Assembly (NCBI GenBank): GCA_965153285.1
Contig: OZ229116.1
Strand: one strand, 5' to 3'
Origin: Podarcis tiliguerta
Taxonomy: Eukaryota
Length of the DNA: 64,000 nucleotides
Shown here piece by piece: positions 11,691 to 25,314 of this stretch. The position numbers were made by a program, and so were the translations under genes. The notes beneath the pieces were generated by a model that had not been told where the DNA came from, ran no database searches, and saw only the letters and a program-made list of their open reading frames with translations. How positions within the stretch are numbered: the first letter of the stretch is position 1; every line of letters begins with the position of its first letter.

Positions 11691-14600
11691 GTAGGATTTT
11701 TGTCTAGAGAGGCTGCAACCTTTACTGCTGTGCTAGAAAAAAAAAACCCAAATGTGGTATCTATAAAAGATACTTGGGGATACTTCTGGCTTTCCCCTTG
11801 AACAGTGGTGGAACAGAAGTTCATTAATATGAGATCATCTTTTTTGTTGTTAACATTTTTTTAAAAAGTGAGGTACATTGATGTGACTACACCATGTTGC
11901 AAATGAAATACATGAATTCTTAACAATGCATGTTTCTGGCTCATTTAAATTTGTCTCACTGACATCAATACTTGTCTCTTGTTTCTTCATGTTTTTTTAA
12001 TGTGGGTCTCTTACTGCTTTTTTAAAAAAAGTTTCCAGTTACCTGATCGCCTTTGCATTATCATTCATTCAATGCTAGTATTGGCCAGATATTTCAATAC
12101 GTTTTTGCAAACAAAAAACATCAAAAGCAAGAGCTCATATTGAAGACAAATGTCACACATCTTCTGCTTCATCTGTTCTTAACTTTTTTACATGTAACAG
12201 GAGGACAATAGATCCCCTGTGACATGTAACAAATACTGCACCTTATTTCTCAGGTTTCAATGCAGAGAGAATTTAATATGTGCACATTTATTTTTTACTT
12301 CCACTGTTTCACTATCACCAGTTGCTTAGCATAAAGATGGTGACCTTATTTTATTTGCTGAAGACAAATTCAAGAGAGAGAGTTCGGTTTAAATACGTTT
12401 CACTCTCATATGTATCAACATTTCCATGCTTGCCTCTTGGCTCAATTTAATGCATTCTGATCACCGCAAAATGGCACCATGGCTTGTGTGCAGAACGAAA
12501 CCTGTCATGTCTTCACCCACAATTGTTGTAGGAATGTAGAAATATTTCAGAATTTCTAGGCACAATGAAATTTAAACGAATAAGCAGTCAAAATTCCACA
12601 CACACCCACCCACCCACCCGATTGACTCTGTTTAATAAATGATAACCAGCACTCCCCACTTCATCTCCCATGCCCCTTCTCACGTTAGATAAGATAGTCC
12701 TGTTAATGCAGTTAGCACAGTGTTCATTCAGTGGAGAAAGGAAGGATTAGGGTCCTTTATCAAATGATTTTTTTGCTAGGCAGCAAAGATAAGCTCAAAG
12801 CAGCTCTAACTATAGGAAACAATCTGCAATTTGGCAGCTTTCCACAATGCTTGTTGTAAAACTCTATTGCCAAAATGGTAAACAAGAGGTGACAAGAGCC
12901 GCCAAGCTCTTATTTGTTCCCCAGTCCCCTGGCATTTCTCTTCTTTCCACTACAGATGTCTCTCATTAGGCTTTTTGGTCACTTTTTTTTTTTTTTTTTT
13001 TTTACATCTCTCTACTTTTGCCCCCATACCCTTATTCAGCAATAATTATGTCTCTTGCTGTTTTTTTAATGGACTTTTTGGTAGTGTTTTAAAAATGCAG
13101 CTAGGGTGTATTCTTTTTTAACTTTCCAGCTCACATCTCTTTGTGAACTATATTGCAATATCTGACCTGTCATCTGGCGCTATTTAGGGAATTGGTGTCT
13201 GCAAGTACTGTATATTGATGCAGATTCTCAGAGCTCTGTGGGAAAACCAATCTAAATTTTGCCTTGGAGCAAACTTCCTCAGGGGATGAAGCTGTTCAGT
13301 TGTCTTGGGATTCTTGTACTGTTTTCTTCTCTTGTCATACCGTGACTACTGTTGTAACATACATTTATGTGGGCAATGTTTTACCATGGTTTGTCTGAGT
13401 GTTTTATGTTTGCATTTATAACTAAATATAAGGGGAGGAAATGCATGTGTAATTTTAAATGTAGCTTTGATACAACACTAAGGTGAACATACTTTTATGG
13501 TAAAAATTGTAAATAAATATCTGTCATGATTCTAGAACCACAGTGATGTTTGTATTACATACAGAAAAGACATTCTGCCAAAGTTTGGAATTGGACATGT
13601 TTTGCATGCGGCATGTGACTTTTCTGTTAAGAACGTAGCAAACCAGTTAGTCTTGGGAACGAGTTGTCATTTCATCTGACACGTTCACTTCTGGGTTCTC
13701 ATACTTAGGCTTACATTATGTGTAGTTCTGAAACAAGGATGGGGGGAAATAACTGAACACATGCACAGGCCTAGTAGTGTCTTTTTGTCTGTGTGTTTGT
13801 CACTTGTTACTGTGCCATTTCATTTTTAAAACGGAACAAGAAACTGGCTGCTCAGTTTTCCTCAGTGGAAGTTCATTTTGAAGTGTAATAGATTGGAGGG
13901 GCAATTCTGACCGTGTTACTCTGTCATAATCACATTGACACTGGCATAATCCCGGTTCAGCATTGGTGTCAGCAATGAGAAGAGGTAAGAAAAGTTGCTA
14001 ATGACTCTAGGGTGCTGATTTCAAAAAGCAAAAATATTTAAACTTCCATAATGATACCTTGTAACAATATTTTAAAAGCCCCAAATATACAAAGGCTAAC
14101 TGGGGGCTTATCAGTGAGCCAGACATGTAAATAACGTTCATTATCCCAAGTACAGGCAGTGACCATTTTATGCGCATCGGATTGACATGTGATTACGCAC
14201 ACACTCATTGCTGCCAACCCGGAAGTGGTCCCAAAGTGGGGTGGAACGGGGGGCAGGGCGGGCTTATGCAAACTCCACTTGCACACACAGGTCAGGAATG
14301 GAACCACCTGTATGTAAACGTAGAAACAACTCCTGTTCTACAAAAAGAAAAGAAAAAAGCATGTTAACTGATTTTCTCAGCTGTTTGTGTCTATGTGCAA
14401 TAAGTGGCATGCTGAAGGAAGTGCTACTAATTGGCTGCAGCTCTCACTCCCTATGAGGTCTTGTACTGTACTTGTTTTTTTGTGATTGCAACAGGAAGGA
14501 GGACCCCTTCTGGTTAAAGATTCTGTGCTTTGCTGGTACTACCAGGAGGTGACGTGTTGGCCTCTGCCAAAATAAAGGCCATGTACCACTCTCTCTCCCA

Positions 14601-17600
14601 TCTGCCTTAATTTCTGTGCTATTAGGGCTATGTCTAGTGACACAAACTATACACTCAAGTAACTTCAGAGTTTCAGAATTGAGATGCTGCTTGCCCCTCG
14701 TCTTGGGACTTAAATGGATGCTGAAGTTCAGTCCATTTGTAGCACTTCAAATGCTGTTAGTTTCTTGAATGACACGAAGCTGGTTTATTGACTCTTGGTT
14801 GGATGGGGGGTAAGGGATTGTGAAGTGGGAAGAACGGGGAGGAAGGTGGTAAGGTTGGTCTTTATACAGTGCTCCAAACATGGCTGAAGATAAAATAATT
14901 GTTGTACCATGCCTTCCATCTAGTCCAAAAGATTATCTTGGATGGTCTGGGGTGCGGGGGGAGGGGTAAAATAGTCCAAACAGTTTGAGGGAAGTCTGGC
15001 CACAGGTTCAGTCTATGAAGATGTGTTGAGGGACCTCCATGATATGTAATGGGGTGTACCTTGTAGGTGCTTAACTAGCTCCATATAGCCGCACTACAGA
15101 ATCATTCAAATTTAAACATTAAAGAATACTGTCCTGTAAAATTTAGCCTTGAATATGAGAAGTAACTAGAATAGGTGAAAGGAGAGCTAAAGCCAGCTTC
15201 ATGTGCAAAGAATGTGTCTTGTTGCTTGTTTTTCTGTGTCCGTGGTGCTAAACTTAGGCATTTGCTATCGGTTGCTTGAGATAATTGGCATGCTCAAACT
15301 CTTGGAATTTTTCATTGTTGACAATACATAACTAACGTTGAAAGAGTACATGATCTGAAGCAGAAAAGAATATTTGCCATTTGATACAAACCATATGCAG
15401 CTTGTACTAATCATGTTATTTAAGACATGCAAGCCATTGGTATAGCATAGTGAAACTGGATGTAAACTGTAAATATGGCTTTTATGAGACGAGTAGATCA
15501 GACTGGAATTTTCATTCGAAGTTCCTGACTCTTGGGCATGTTCTCTCCTGTACATTCTATACATTAATAGTGAACTCAATTTTCCTCATCTAGCCAAAAT
15601 AGCACCATCAGCGTGCAAGAGGGAAGTTTCAGCATGCCTGGGAGCAGATGGGAGACATGGAAAAGAAACCCCAATGTTTGCAGAATGGTTTGGGGGGGGG
15701 GGAGCTTTAAGAGGGGCAAATGCCAAGAGCTGCCCAGTGAAAACTGAGAATGTCAGTGACCACAGAACTCTGGCTGACAGTTGAAGGAAGGGAAATGGAA
15801 AACCAGGATGGTGGTGAAATTGGCGTATCCTGGGAAATCCTGGGCATGTCTGGCTGGAACCCTGAACAGGAGCATTCCACACAGCAACACTTTGTTGTAG
15901 GTCCTACATGAGTTCCGTAATAATGAGATGATGATGCTAGCGAAAAGTGCTTTCACACAGCATACCCTGCTGTCATCGCTAAAACAATACTGTAAGGTAG
16001 GTAACTATTGTACCCATATGGCAGGTGGAGGCTGAGAGTGTGGCTTGGCTAAAGCCATCTCTTGGGTTCCTGACTGAGGCAATCCCATTACCTGGGGACT
16101 CGTAGATCAGTCTTTTTTAGGTCACTATGCCAGGATGTGCTCCAGATCCATTTTGATCAAGTTCCATGGGCTTCGTCAACTTATCTACTGTTCTTTTGTT
16201 GTTGTTTTTTTGACTTACTGGAACATTCACCTGGCCAGTTTTTGAAGGTTATGCCTTTATTTTTATTGCCATGAAAATGCAGGTCTTTTTACTGTTGTCA
16301 AATAAACCAAGCATTCGCTACAACAACTGCTAGAAGCGTTACTCAGACATACACATGTACCCCTTCAAAATTGCAGCAGTAAAAGTGGTACAATGTTTTG
16401 TTTTGTTTTTTTAAAAAGCATTGCTCAAGTTAAACACTAGTGTCAGCTTGTCTTCTGCAAATAACCTGTGCAAGGAATGCGCTTATTGAGACAGAACACA
16501 CGCTTCCTTAGTATAACGCTTCCCTCTTTATTCACTGAAACTCTATTGAAATTGGGAGGCCCATAGTTAGCTGCTTTGGTGAGTTAATAAATACCATGCC
16601 GTTTAGGGCATATAGCATAAGGAATGCAAAATGTAGTACTGTGAAATAAAGCAAAATATTTCATAGAATTAAAAATCTATTAAGCTGAGAAACCATGTTC
16701 CTCTTTCTCACCGTTGCAACCTGGTGGCAGCCATTACATCGAGCGATAGCAGGGAAGCGCCTCTCGCTTCATCGCTGCAAATGAGAGGCAAGTGACTGCC
16801 TCTCTTTGGATTTTTCTACCCCAGCTGTTTGTTAAGAGAACTTGACACTAAGAACTTGAACCAAATCGTCTTACTTCTTCATTCCTCCTGAATCATTTCT
16901 CCATTGTGTTGTCTTTTTAAATTATAACGCTGAGGGCGGTGACTCTATTGTTTTGCATTGATCTGTAAACTGGTCTGGGGCATTTTTTGGCTGAAGGGCA
17001 GGGTAAATTAGTGTAAAATAAACAATATAAACCTTGCCCTCTATCCTGATGAGTAACTGAAGAAAGCAGTTCTAAAACTAGAAAACATTTTCCTGCCTTT
17101 TTGCACTAATTTGGATGAAATCAATTCTGACAATCTTTTTTTTTTTTTTTAACTGATCTTTTTCACTGGAGTAAGTAATAAATGCTGGTTGCTGATGATA
17201 GTTGCAAAGAAGTATAGGGAGGCATATTGTTAAGGAGCTTTAGAGTCATGCAAGTGTTTTTTTTTCTGAAATTGAAGACTTCTGTCTCACTTGTGAATTC
17301 TTTTTCAGATATCCTGGACTGGGCACTTGCCTTAATAACGGGGCCTTCCTGTCTCCCATCAAGTGGAGTCAAAATGTTATCTGGATGCAGGCCTGTCCTA
17401 TGAAGGGACCAGTACTTCCTTCCCAGATATAGTACTCTTAGCTTAGCCGGGGTGGGGGTGTAAAAATTATTAATGGGGGTGGGGGTGGGCAGATAGAGAA
17501 GTCCCCTAAATATAACTTAGGCACATTACTGTTTCACAAGTGATATTTTTGTCTATACTTTAAATGTCAACTTGTTTTAACCTTCATGGCTTCCACCCGG

Positions 17601-19743
17601 TGAGCCCTGAACTATTGTTGTATAAAGGGACATGGACTGCTTTGGGTATCTCCACAGAGTTCTTTGGGGGAAAGCCCTGATGGGTAAACTGGTTTTGAAA
17701 TACGTAGTGTAGATGTGGCTAATGCAGCATGTAACATGGGAAGCATTGAGTGGTATTCCCAAATAATGTTACTATTAAATTTTGAATGGTGGCTGAGAGC
17801 ATTTTATTCTATTTCTATGCAGTTGCCCCCCCCCCAAAGTTGTGCTTAACAGCCACCTTCGCTATTGGGGTGCAGTTGTTTCCTTTCCCCTTCAATTTTG
17901 TGCAATCTAGCATTAATCTTGATGGAAAGTTGCAGAAAACCAACTTCTCTGTCAACTTTCCACTGCATTTGCTTTCTCTTTCTGTGGGCTTGCCTTCTCT
18001 TGTGTTACAAAATAATGAAACACTAATATTTGAACATGCATATCCTTAGTGGTGTACACAGGCCGGAACTGAGCTGTGTAGTTTAAGAACATAGAGAACA
18101 GGGACAGACTGTTGCTCATTCATGATACAGGAGAAAACTGTCAGTGTGAGACGTTGCTGACCTCTTTCTTCACTGGGCAGCATTCTCCGAAATAGGGCTA
18201 AGCTCGCAATACTATAATTAGAGGGGAGAGGGGGAAAAGAATGCATTGTGAAAGGAAGCTAAAGACTTGACAAAATAAAACCCACTGGATCAGGACACAG
18301 ATACCCATCTAATCCAGCATGCTGTTCTCACAGTCTCCAACCAAATGCCTATGGGAAGTCCACAAGCAGGGCCCAAGTCTTGTGGGAGTGAATTCTCACA
18401 AGAGTGATTTCTAAGGTTTTGAGCTGAATGACTGACCTGCTTAGTGATGATGCCCTTGGAGTTCCTAAAGGCTGTGGTACTGGGGAAGCTCACTTGCTGC
18501 TGACAAGGGCCATAGGAGTCAGAAAAATATCTGAAGGGGAGGTTCAAAGCAACCTTGCGGATTTCCCAGCTTTTGGCTTCTCCCTACCAAGTGTGGCCCA
18601 GGATGCCACAAAAACATGTCTCCTCTAAGGAGGGAAAATAAAAGAGGAAAGACTCTGGGGGTCCAGTGAACCAGGCTGGATCTGTTTAGTGGATCCTTGG
18701 AAACAGTTTGTTGAGTAGAGAAGTACACTCAAAATGGGTAGTAAATCCAGGAAAACAACTTTACAACGACAGGAGTCTGCCATCTGACTTACTGTTGGGC
18801 ACAGGGAAGTTGAAGCAACACTATGAAATTGGGACTATTTTCAGAGACTCGGACAGGATTTTGTTTGTGGCAGGCAGAGATTTAGTTTGAACAGTCTCCA
18901 TATAGCATGAGGATTGAACTCAGTACTCCCAGGATGACTGTTCTCAGGAAAGTGAAGAACAATTTTCTCCAATTGTGTTTCTTACTATTAAGGGGTAAAA
19001 CACCCGGTTACAAAATGTCAAGTGTTTTTAGCGATAAACAGATTATTCATTTTGGTGTTCTTTTGAGGAAAATCATAACACGAAGCAAGTGCACATGTAG
19101 GGTTGTGTTTTGTGTTACTTTAAAAAAACAAAGAGCACACTTATTTAATACTGGAAGAAGGAATGTATTTAGACTGGGATTCCCCAGGTCTGGTGACTAA
19201 AAAAAGAGCAAATTATGCTTGGAAAGACAGCATCTCTTTGGTGCACAAGTATATTAAAGGCCACCTAGCTTAAAATTGTTCCCTTAAAAAAAATTCAATT
19301 TTTCATGCTGACTTATATGCTAACGGTGCTTTATTGGGGGTTGGGGGGAATTCACTGAATGTTGGCCTGATGTAGAAATTAATAATGTATTTTGCACCAT
19401 TAGAACTGGATAAATACAAGTTAGGTTTTCCTGCCATAAGGGCTTTTGGCAGGTTACCAGGTGTTTTTGCTTACTTTAATCTCACAACCCTGTGAGATAG
19501 GTTAATAGCCCTTCTAGTGAGTTTGATTAAGATGTAGGATTAAAAGCTAACTACTTGCAATTAAGTTGGTGGTTGTGGTGGGTGGTGGGATTTAAAAAAT
19601 ATATATAATACAAGTGTAAAAACATTTGTATTTTCTGTTGTTGGCGGAATGAAGACACATCTGGTGCCGAAAGGTGCTGTAGTGCAGGCTTTATACAAGG
19701 ATAATCTTTCAGGGAGTTGGACAGTGGCATTGTAGAACAGTTA

Positions 19744-20001
19744 CCGTATTTTTTGCTCTATAAGACTCACTTTTTCCCTCCTAAAAAGTAAGGGGAAATG
19801 TGTGTGCGTCTTATGGAGTGAATGCAGGCTGCACAGCTATCCCAGAAGCCAGAACAGCAAGAGGGATTGTCCTTTCACTGTGCAGCGATCCCTCTTGCTG
19901 TTCTGGCTTCTGAGATTCAGAATGTTTTTTTTATTGTTTTCCTCCTCCAAAAACTAGGTGCGTCTTGTGGTCTGATGCGTCTTATAGAGCAAAAAATACG
20001 G
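19744..20001 (+). mobile_element. Tc1/mariner-superfamily (Tc2/pogo-like) MITE, short copy
   Basis: TA|CCGTATTTTTTGCTCTATAAGAC...GTCTTATAGAGCAAAAAATACGG|TA terminal inverted repeats with TA duplication; one internal hairpin 19843-19912. Confidence 0.88.
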
Positions 20002-21066
20002 TACTTCCAGTGATAATGCATGTTCATTTTTCCTGTTCCATTATGGGCTCTTGTCGAACTGGTTTTGTAGGCTTTTTTGCTTCAAGCAATAATTCTCACG
20101 GTATTCTTATAGAGGCATGACTAGCACCTGCTGCAATACCCATCTACATTCTAGCGCAACTGTTGCGGGAACACATTGGATGACAACCATGAAAAGTCAT
20201 TCTTTCTTGGCACTGTTAGAACTGGTTTTTTAGCTTAAAAAAAAAAGACAGCTTAATATATATTTGGGGCAGGGACAGAGTAAGAGAGAGCCATCCAGAT
20301 AATGTCCCACCGTTCAGAACAGTCTTCCTTAGGTGTGAATTTGTCTGGATCACAGACAGCTTCTAGTCTAATCTAGTCAACTTCATCACACAACTGAATT
20401 GTATGAGACTAGGGGAAGCAGTTGCATAGTAAGGAAATGGAACAGGCTTCCCCCACCCAAAGGTAGGCTCCTTAACACACTTAATGCCTTTACCAAGTGT
20501 CCAGAATTAAGTGGGACGTCACCCACCCACCTCTCGTGCTCCAGAAATACGTTTACACAGCTGCACATCTTTTCTTAAAGTCCTGTTTTTAAAAAAATGC
20601 TTTTACAGATTGAGCTGTGGTTACTCATACAGAATACTGGGCTGTTTAACCTTAAGTACTGTAGTTCTTAATTAAATGTATGACAATGCCTTACATAGAC
20701 CCAAATTTAGTATAATTATTCATACTTTTATATTGAGGACAGATCCTCTCAACTACCTGTGTGACAAAACAGTCTGAATTGGTTACCCAACCGAAGTTGC
20801 ATTATCTTTATTGCTACTATGCAGCACATTTGGGTGGTTTATATTGAGGTACATAACTGGTTTGTGATCAGTGATGTATCATGAGCCCTATTTGAATAGA
20901 AAAAATTGAGGGCTGGGAGACCAGTTGGCTGTTGTAGTACAGGTTTCTGTTCTGTCAGTATTGTGTACTCTCTTCATTCTGCAAATAAAGACATTCTGCA
21001 AACTAAAAGTATATTATTCAGGTCTAATGAACTTGGTCTCTTGCCCCCCCTCCCCCCCCCATTTAG

Positions 21067-21142
21067 GACAAGCTTGCCTTCTCCAATGTTTTCCAGAAAT
21101 GATTTCAGTATTTGGAGCATCTTAAGAAAGTGCATTGGAATG
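21067..21142 (+). CDS. OSBPL1A: OSBPL1A exon (ORD start)
   Basis: (R)TSLPSPMFSRNDFSIWSILRKCIGM; tag|G...ATG|gtagg. Confidence 0.96.
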
Positions 21143-21330
21143 GTAGGTGAAGCATTGCTTTGAATAAAAAGCTTAATCATAGTCTTTATAGTAAATGTGT
21201 AGTAATAGATTATTGATCCCTCCTCCCCAACCTGACTTTTGAATAAAAGAATTAAGGACTGACTGATGTATGCATGCATTTCGGAAGTAAATGGGTGTGT
21301 GTCTTATATAAAATCAAATGTCACAAAAGT

Positions 21331-21390
21331 GTGGCAAGCTTTTATCAGCTGCAGCCAGCTGTGGCAAGCTTTTATCAGCTGCAGCCAGCA
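21331..21390. repeat. 30-bp tandem duplication
   Basis: gtggcaagcttttatcagctgcagccagc(t/a) x2. Confidence 0.95.
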
Positions 21391-21719
21391 GCTGCATGAG
21401 CAATGGTCAGGGATGATGCGAGTTCTTGTCCAAAACATCTGGAAGAAGTTAAGTTGGGGGAATCAATTCTGGTTTGTAGCCTGCAGGTAAAGCTTGTTAG
21501 GTTTTTTTATTTCTTATACAGTGCCTGTTAGGCACTTCATAAATTAATGCTGCAATAAATAATTAATATTGTAATTAATAATTAACAATAAAATAATTAC
21601 AGCTTAATTAATACTGGCCCTTTTACATTAATGCCTTCTAAGTGTTATTTCAGCTCACTGTAAAATAATCAGCCTTCTTTCAACTCTTTTCATGATTTGT
21701 GTTTTAGTAATATTCTCAA

Positions 21720-21875
21720 GCTTAGGGTGGTCCTTTGCCTTGCCCATTTTATCATCACAACCACCCTGTGATGTAGATTAGAGTGAGTGAGGGACTAGGA
21801 ATTGTTTTGTGAGTTTCATGGCTTAGTGGAAACCAGGTTTGAAACCAGGTTTCCCTGGTACAACTTCAGTACTCT
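21720..21875 (-). mobile_element. Degenerate CORE/MIR-type SINE
   Basis: cccattttatc...acaaccaccctgtga...gtttcatggc...tttgaaaccagg resembles an antisense CORE SINE with B box. Confidence 0.5.
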
Positions 21876-22073
21876 ACCCGTTGCATGCTGTACGGGCTGT
21901 TGTTTAAAAGGGAGGCAGTGTTCCTGCCCCCCCCCATTCCTTTCATATCACCCTCTACCTTCCCCAATACGTACCAGCTGTGTTTTATGATAAGACATAT
22001 ACCAGTCTTAATGTTGGCAATGCACAGTAGTATATGTAAACATTTTTAATAAATGCTTTTAACACTCTGCTAG

Positions 22074-22208
22074 GAGCTGTCGAAGATCACTATGCCAGTA
22101 ATTTTTAACGAGCCACTGAGTTTCCTACAGCGACTGACAGAATATATGGAGCATACATACTTAATTCATAAGGCCAGTTCGCTTCTGGACCCGGTTGAAA
22201 GAATGCAG
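22074..22208 (+). CDS. OSBPL1A: OSBPL1A exon
   Basis: ELSKITMPVIFNEPLSFLQRLTEYMEHTYLIHKASSLLDPVERMQ; 135 nt, phase 0 to 0. Confidence 0.96.
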
Positions 22209-22591
22209 GTACTCTACTCAAAATAAATGCATCTGGTGTTCTCTGAATGTTGCATACTGTTTCATGCAGGTAGATAAAGAGAGCTCCTTATTATTACAAC
22301 ATCTGAAACACTGTTGTGCACATTGGTGTGCATGAAATAAAAGTAATTTTGTCTCCAGCTGTTGAATATCAGAGCTGTTAGGTTGGCATTAAGCAGTACT
22401 GCTTAACTCTATTTTTAAAATGGTGGTTGTAATTGACTTTTTTCTCGTTATATGTTTTCATGCTACTTAACTACTTGAATGCTTACCTCTTTATGAGAGT
22501 TAGTGCTTTAAAAAAACCCACACACAAAATAATTGGTAAGATTTCTGCTTTAAACAAACGTAAATATGAGTGCAAATTGCTTTTTCAACAG

Positions 22592-22689
22592 TGTGTAGCT
22601 GCTTTTGCTGTCTCAGCTGTTGCCTCTCAGTGGGAACGTACAGGAAAGCCATTCAACCCATTACTTGGAGAGACGTATGAACTGGTCAG
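22592..22689 (+). CDS. OSBPL1A: OSBPL1A exon
   Basis: CVAAFAVSAVASQWERTGKPFNPLLGETYELV(R); ORD KPFNPLLGETY motif. Confidence 0.97.
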
Positions 22690-22874
22690 GTAACAAACTC
22701 ACAGTGCAGTTTAACTGGCTGGCTCATTGAGAATTGAAAGTTAATGTCAGATATTTAAGATTTTGTTCATTGATTCTTTTTTAATGTACAAAGCTGATGT
22801 GGCAATGCCTCATTTTATCCCCCTTTGTAGAGAAACTGCAAATAACTCAACTGTCACTTTCTTTCCATGTTTAG

Positions 22875-23057
22875 AGAGGACCTTGGATTCAGACTCATCT
22901 CGGAGCAAGTTAGTCATCACCCACCAATCAGTGCTTTTTATGCTGAAGGACTGAGCAATGACTTTGTGTTTCATGGTTCTATTTATCCTAAACTAAAGTT
23001 CTGGGGAAAGAGTGTTGAAGCAGAACCCAAAGGGATGATAACTTTGAAACTTCTTGA
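22875..23057 (+). CDS. OSBPL1A: OSBPL1A exon with OSBP fingerprint
   Basis: EDLGFRLISEQVSHHPPISAFYAEG...TLKLL(E); EQVSHHPP signature. Confidence 0.97.
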
Positions 23058-23124
23058 GTAAGTTGATCTATTTGATACCTTTTGGCTGCCTTAGGCAAAA
23101 AGCAAGTGGCATGTAAACTGCAGT

Positions 23125-23125
23125 G

Positions 23126-23170
<45 letters not shown>

Positions 23171-23510
23171 TTTATTTATACCCCGCCCTCCCCAGCCAAA
23201 GCTGGGCTCAGGGTGGCTAACAAGAATCAAAATAATCCAACATTCTAAAAACCTTTCATTATAAAAATTAATTAAAATCAAATTGATGGCAACCATTCAG
23301 CAAGATTCTGTGCAGATTGCCAGAGGAGGGGGTCAGGCTGCGCCCTGACCAAAGCCTGGTGGAACAGCTCTGTCTTACAGGCCCTGCGGAAAGATGTCAG
23401 GTCCCGCAGGGCCCTAGTCTCTTGTGACAGAGCGTTCCACCAGATTGGAGCTGCGGCCGAGAAGGCCCTGGCTCTAGTTGAGGCCAGCTTAACCTCTCTG
23501 AGGCCTGTTG
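23125..23510 (-). mobile_element. L2-clade LINE 3' end with long (TTA)n tail
   Basis: Minus strand RARAFSAAAPIWWNALSQETRALRDLTSFRRACKTELFHQA; (aat)n tract 23126-23169. Confidence 0.85.
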
Positions 23511-24078
23511 TATAATGTATACTGGGAGTTCCCAAACTGTGGTCGTTCAGGTGGTCTGTGTTGTGTTGGTGAACTTGGGAGACAGCATACCCATCATGTT
23601 AAATGCTGATTTTTAACTGTATTTGCATTGTTTTTTTTAAATTTCCTGTATATTGTATTTGATTGTATTACAATTTAAATGCTATAGATTACAATCAAAT
23701 ACAATATACAGGAAATAAAAAAACCAATGCAAATACAATTAGAAAATTATACGGCATCTTTACTAAAGCATTACAATTGCTAAAACAGATGGAAAAATCA
23801 TTAAGTGCTCAGCCAAGGCACTCACCAATTTTCAAGTGGTTTGTGGGGGGGAAAAACATTTGGGGAGCTACTGTTCTATCCTTAAATCTGAACACTCCCT
23901 CCCCATTTGTAGAGATGAAACCAATCAGGCATGGTACATAAGTAAAAGGAAGGAAGGCAAACTGCAAGGTCTGGCTGTCAGAGCTTTGAGAACCAAAGGA
24001 TGGGTGTGCCCATCTGATAAGGGCAGAGATCTTTCCTTGTCAAAGTTCAGGTGGACTGATCTACATCTAAGTATGGTA

Positions 24079-24298
24079 CAGTGGTACCTCGGGTTAAGTA
24101 CTTAATTCGTTCCAGAGGTCTGTACTTAACCTGAAACTGTTCTTAACCTGAAGCACCACTTTAGCTAATGGGGCCTCCCGCTGCTGCCGTGCCGCTGGAG
24201 CACGATTTCTGTTCTCATCCTGAAGCAAAGTCCTGAAGCAATATTTCTGGGTTAGCAGAGTCTGTAACCTGAAGCATATGTAACCCGAGGTATGACTG
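24079..24298 (+). mobile_element. Tigger/pogo-like MITE
   Basis: TA|CAGTGGTACCTCGGGTTA...TAACCCGAGGTATGACTG|TA; repeated internal TAACCTGAAG motifs. Confidence 0.85.
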
Positions 24299-24653
24299 TA
24301 TTTGACTGAGTTTAAGCAAGGTCAGCTGCTGAAGTCCCTGTCTTTGAAACCTGTGCAGAAGAGTTGGCTATTCTGGGATTGTCTTAAATGTGTTTGAGAG
24401 ATTCCCAAGTAAATATAGGATAGGAGACTTTCATGGTGCATGCCTGAAACCTAGATTCATATGGCCAGGAGATGGGGAGAGAGTTAAGGCAGGACTGACT
24501 GGCCAAGATTTGCTAAAGCCTACAAAATTGTGAGAGCGAAAAGTAATCATCAGCTTACGCTTCCTTGCACCATGAAAGATTTTGACCTAAAGGCATGTTC
24601 TGATGACTTTTGTTTTGTGAATCTAAGAGCTTATTCTCTTTGCTCCCTTTCAG

Positions 24654-24761
24654 ACATAATGAAGCATACACATGGACAAATCCTACATGCTGTGTGCATA
24701 ACATTATTGTGGGCAAGCTTTGGATTGAGCAGTATGGGAATATGGAAATAACCAATCACAA
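24654..24761 (+). CDS. OSBPL1A: OSBPL1A exon
   Basis: HNEAYTWTNPTCCVHNIIVGKLWIEQYGNMEITNH(K); phase 2 to 2. Confidence 0.96.
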
Positions 24762-25224
24762 GTAAGCTGGAAGTCTTAACTTGCTACTTAGCTTGAAAGT
24801 GTGGCATGCTCATACTGTATCAGATATAAAATGCACTCTTAATTCCAATGCATAAGAAAACATTAAAAGCATAATCAGTGTTGTCAGGCAACATGAATAG
24901 CACTGCTCTGCATCACTCAGATCCAAAATGTTCCTGGAGAGAGAGTGTGTTAGGGAATATTATGTTACTCTTGCAGTGGTCAGAGATCCAATGTATTTAA
25001 TTTATATTAGGTCAGGGCTACTTTTTTCCTTTAACGCTTTCAAAGTATCTCCTTAGTAGTAAAGCTCATAAACCCAAGGCAGATATAGTACATATATTAT
25101 GCTGAACGCTACAGGAGCTAGAGCTTGCATGCTTGAAGTACTTTAAATGGCTAAGCCAGTATTTGATGTGAAAGTGTAAATTTTGAGAAGGCGTAGAGTT
25201 AAACTTAATTTTCTGCCCCCACAG

Positions 25225-25314
25225 AACTGGTGAAAAATGCATGTTAAACTTCAAGCCCTGTGGCCTTTTTGGGAAGGAGTTGCACAAAGTGGAAGGTTAC
25301 ATTCAGGATAAAAG
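25225..25314 (+). CDS. OSBPL1A: OSBPL1A exon
   Basis: TGEKCMLNFKPCGLFGKELHKVEGYIQDK(S). Confidence 0.96.
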
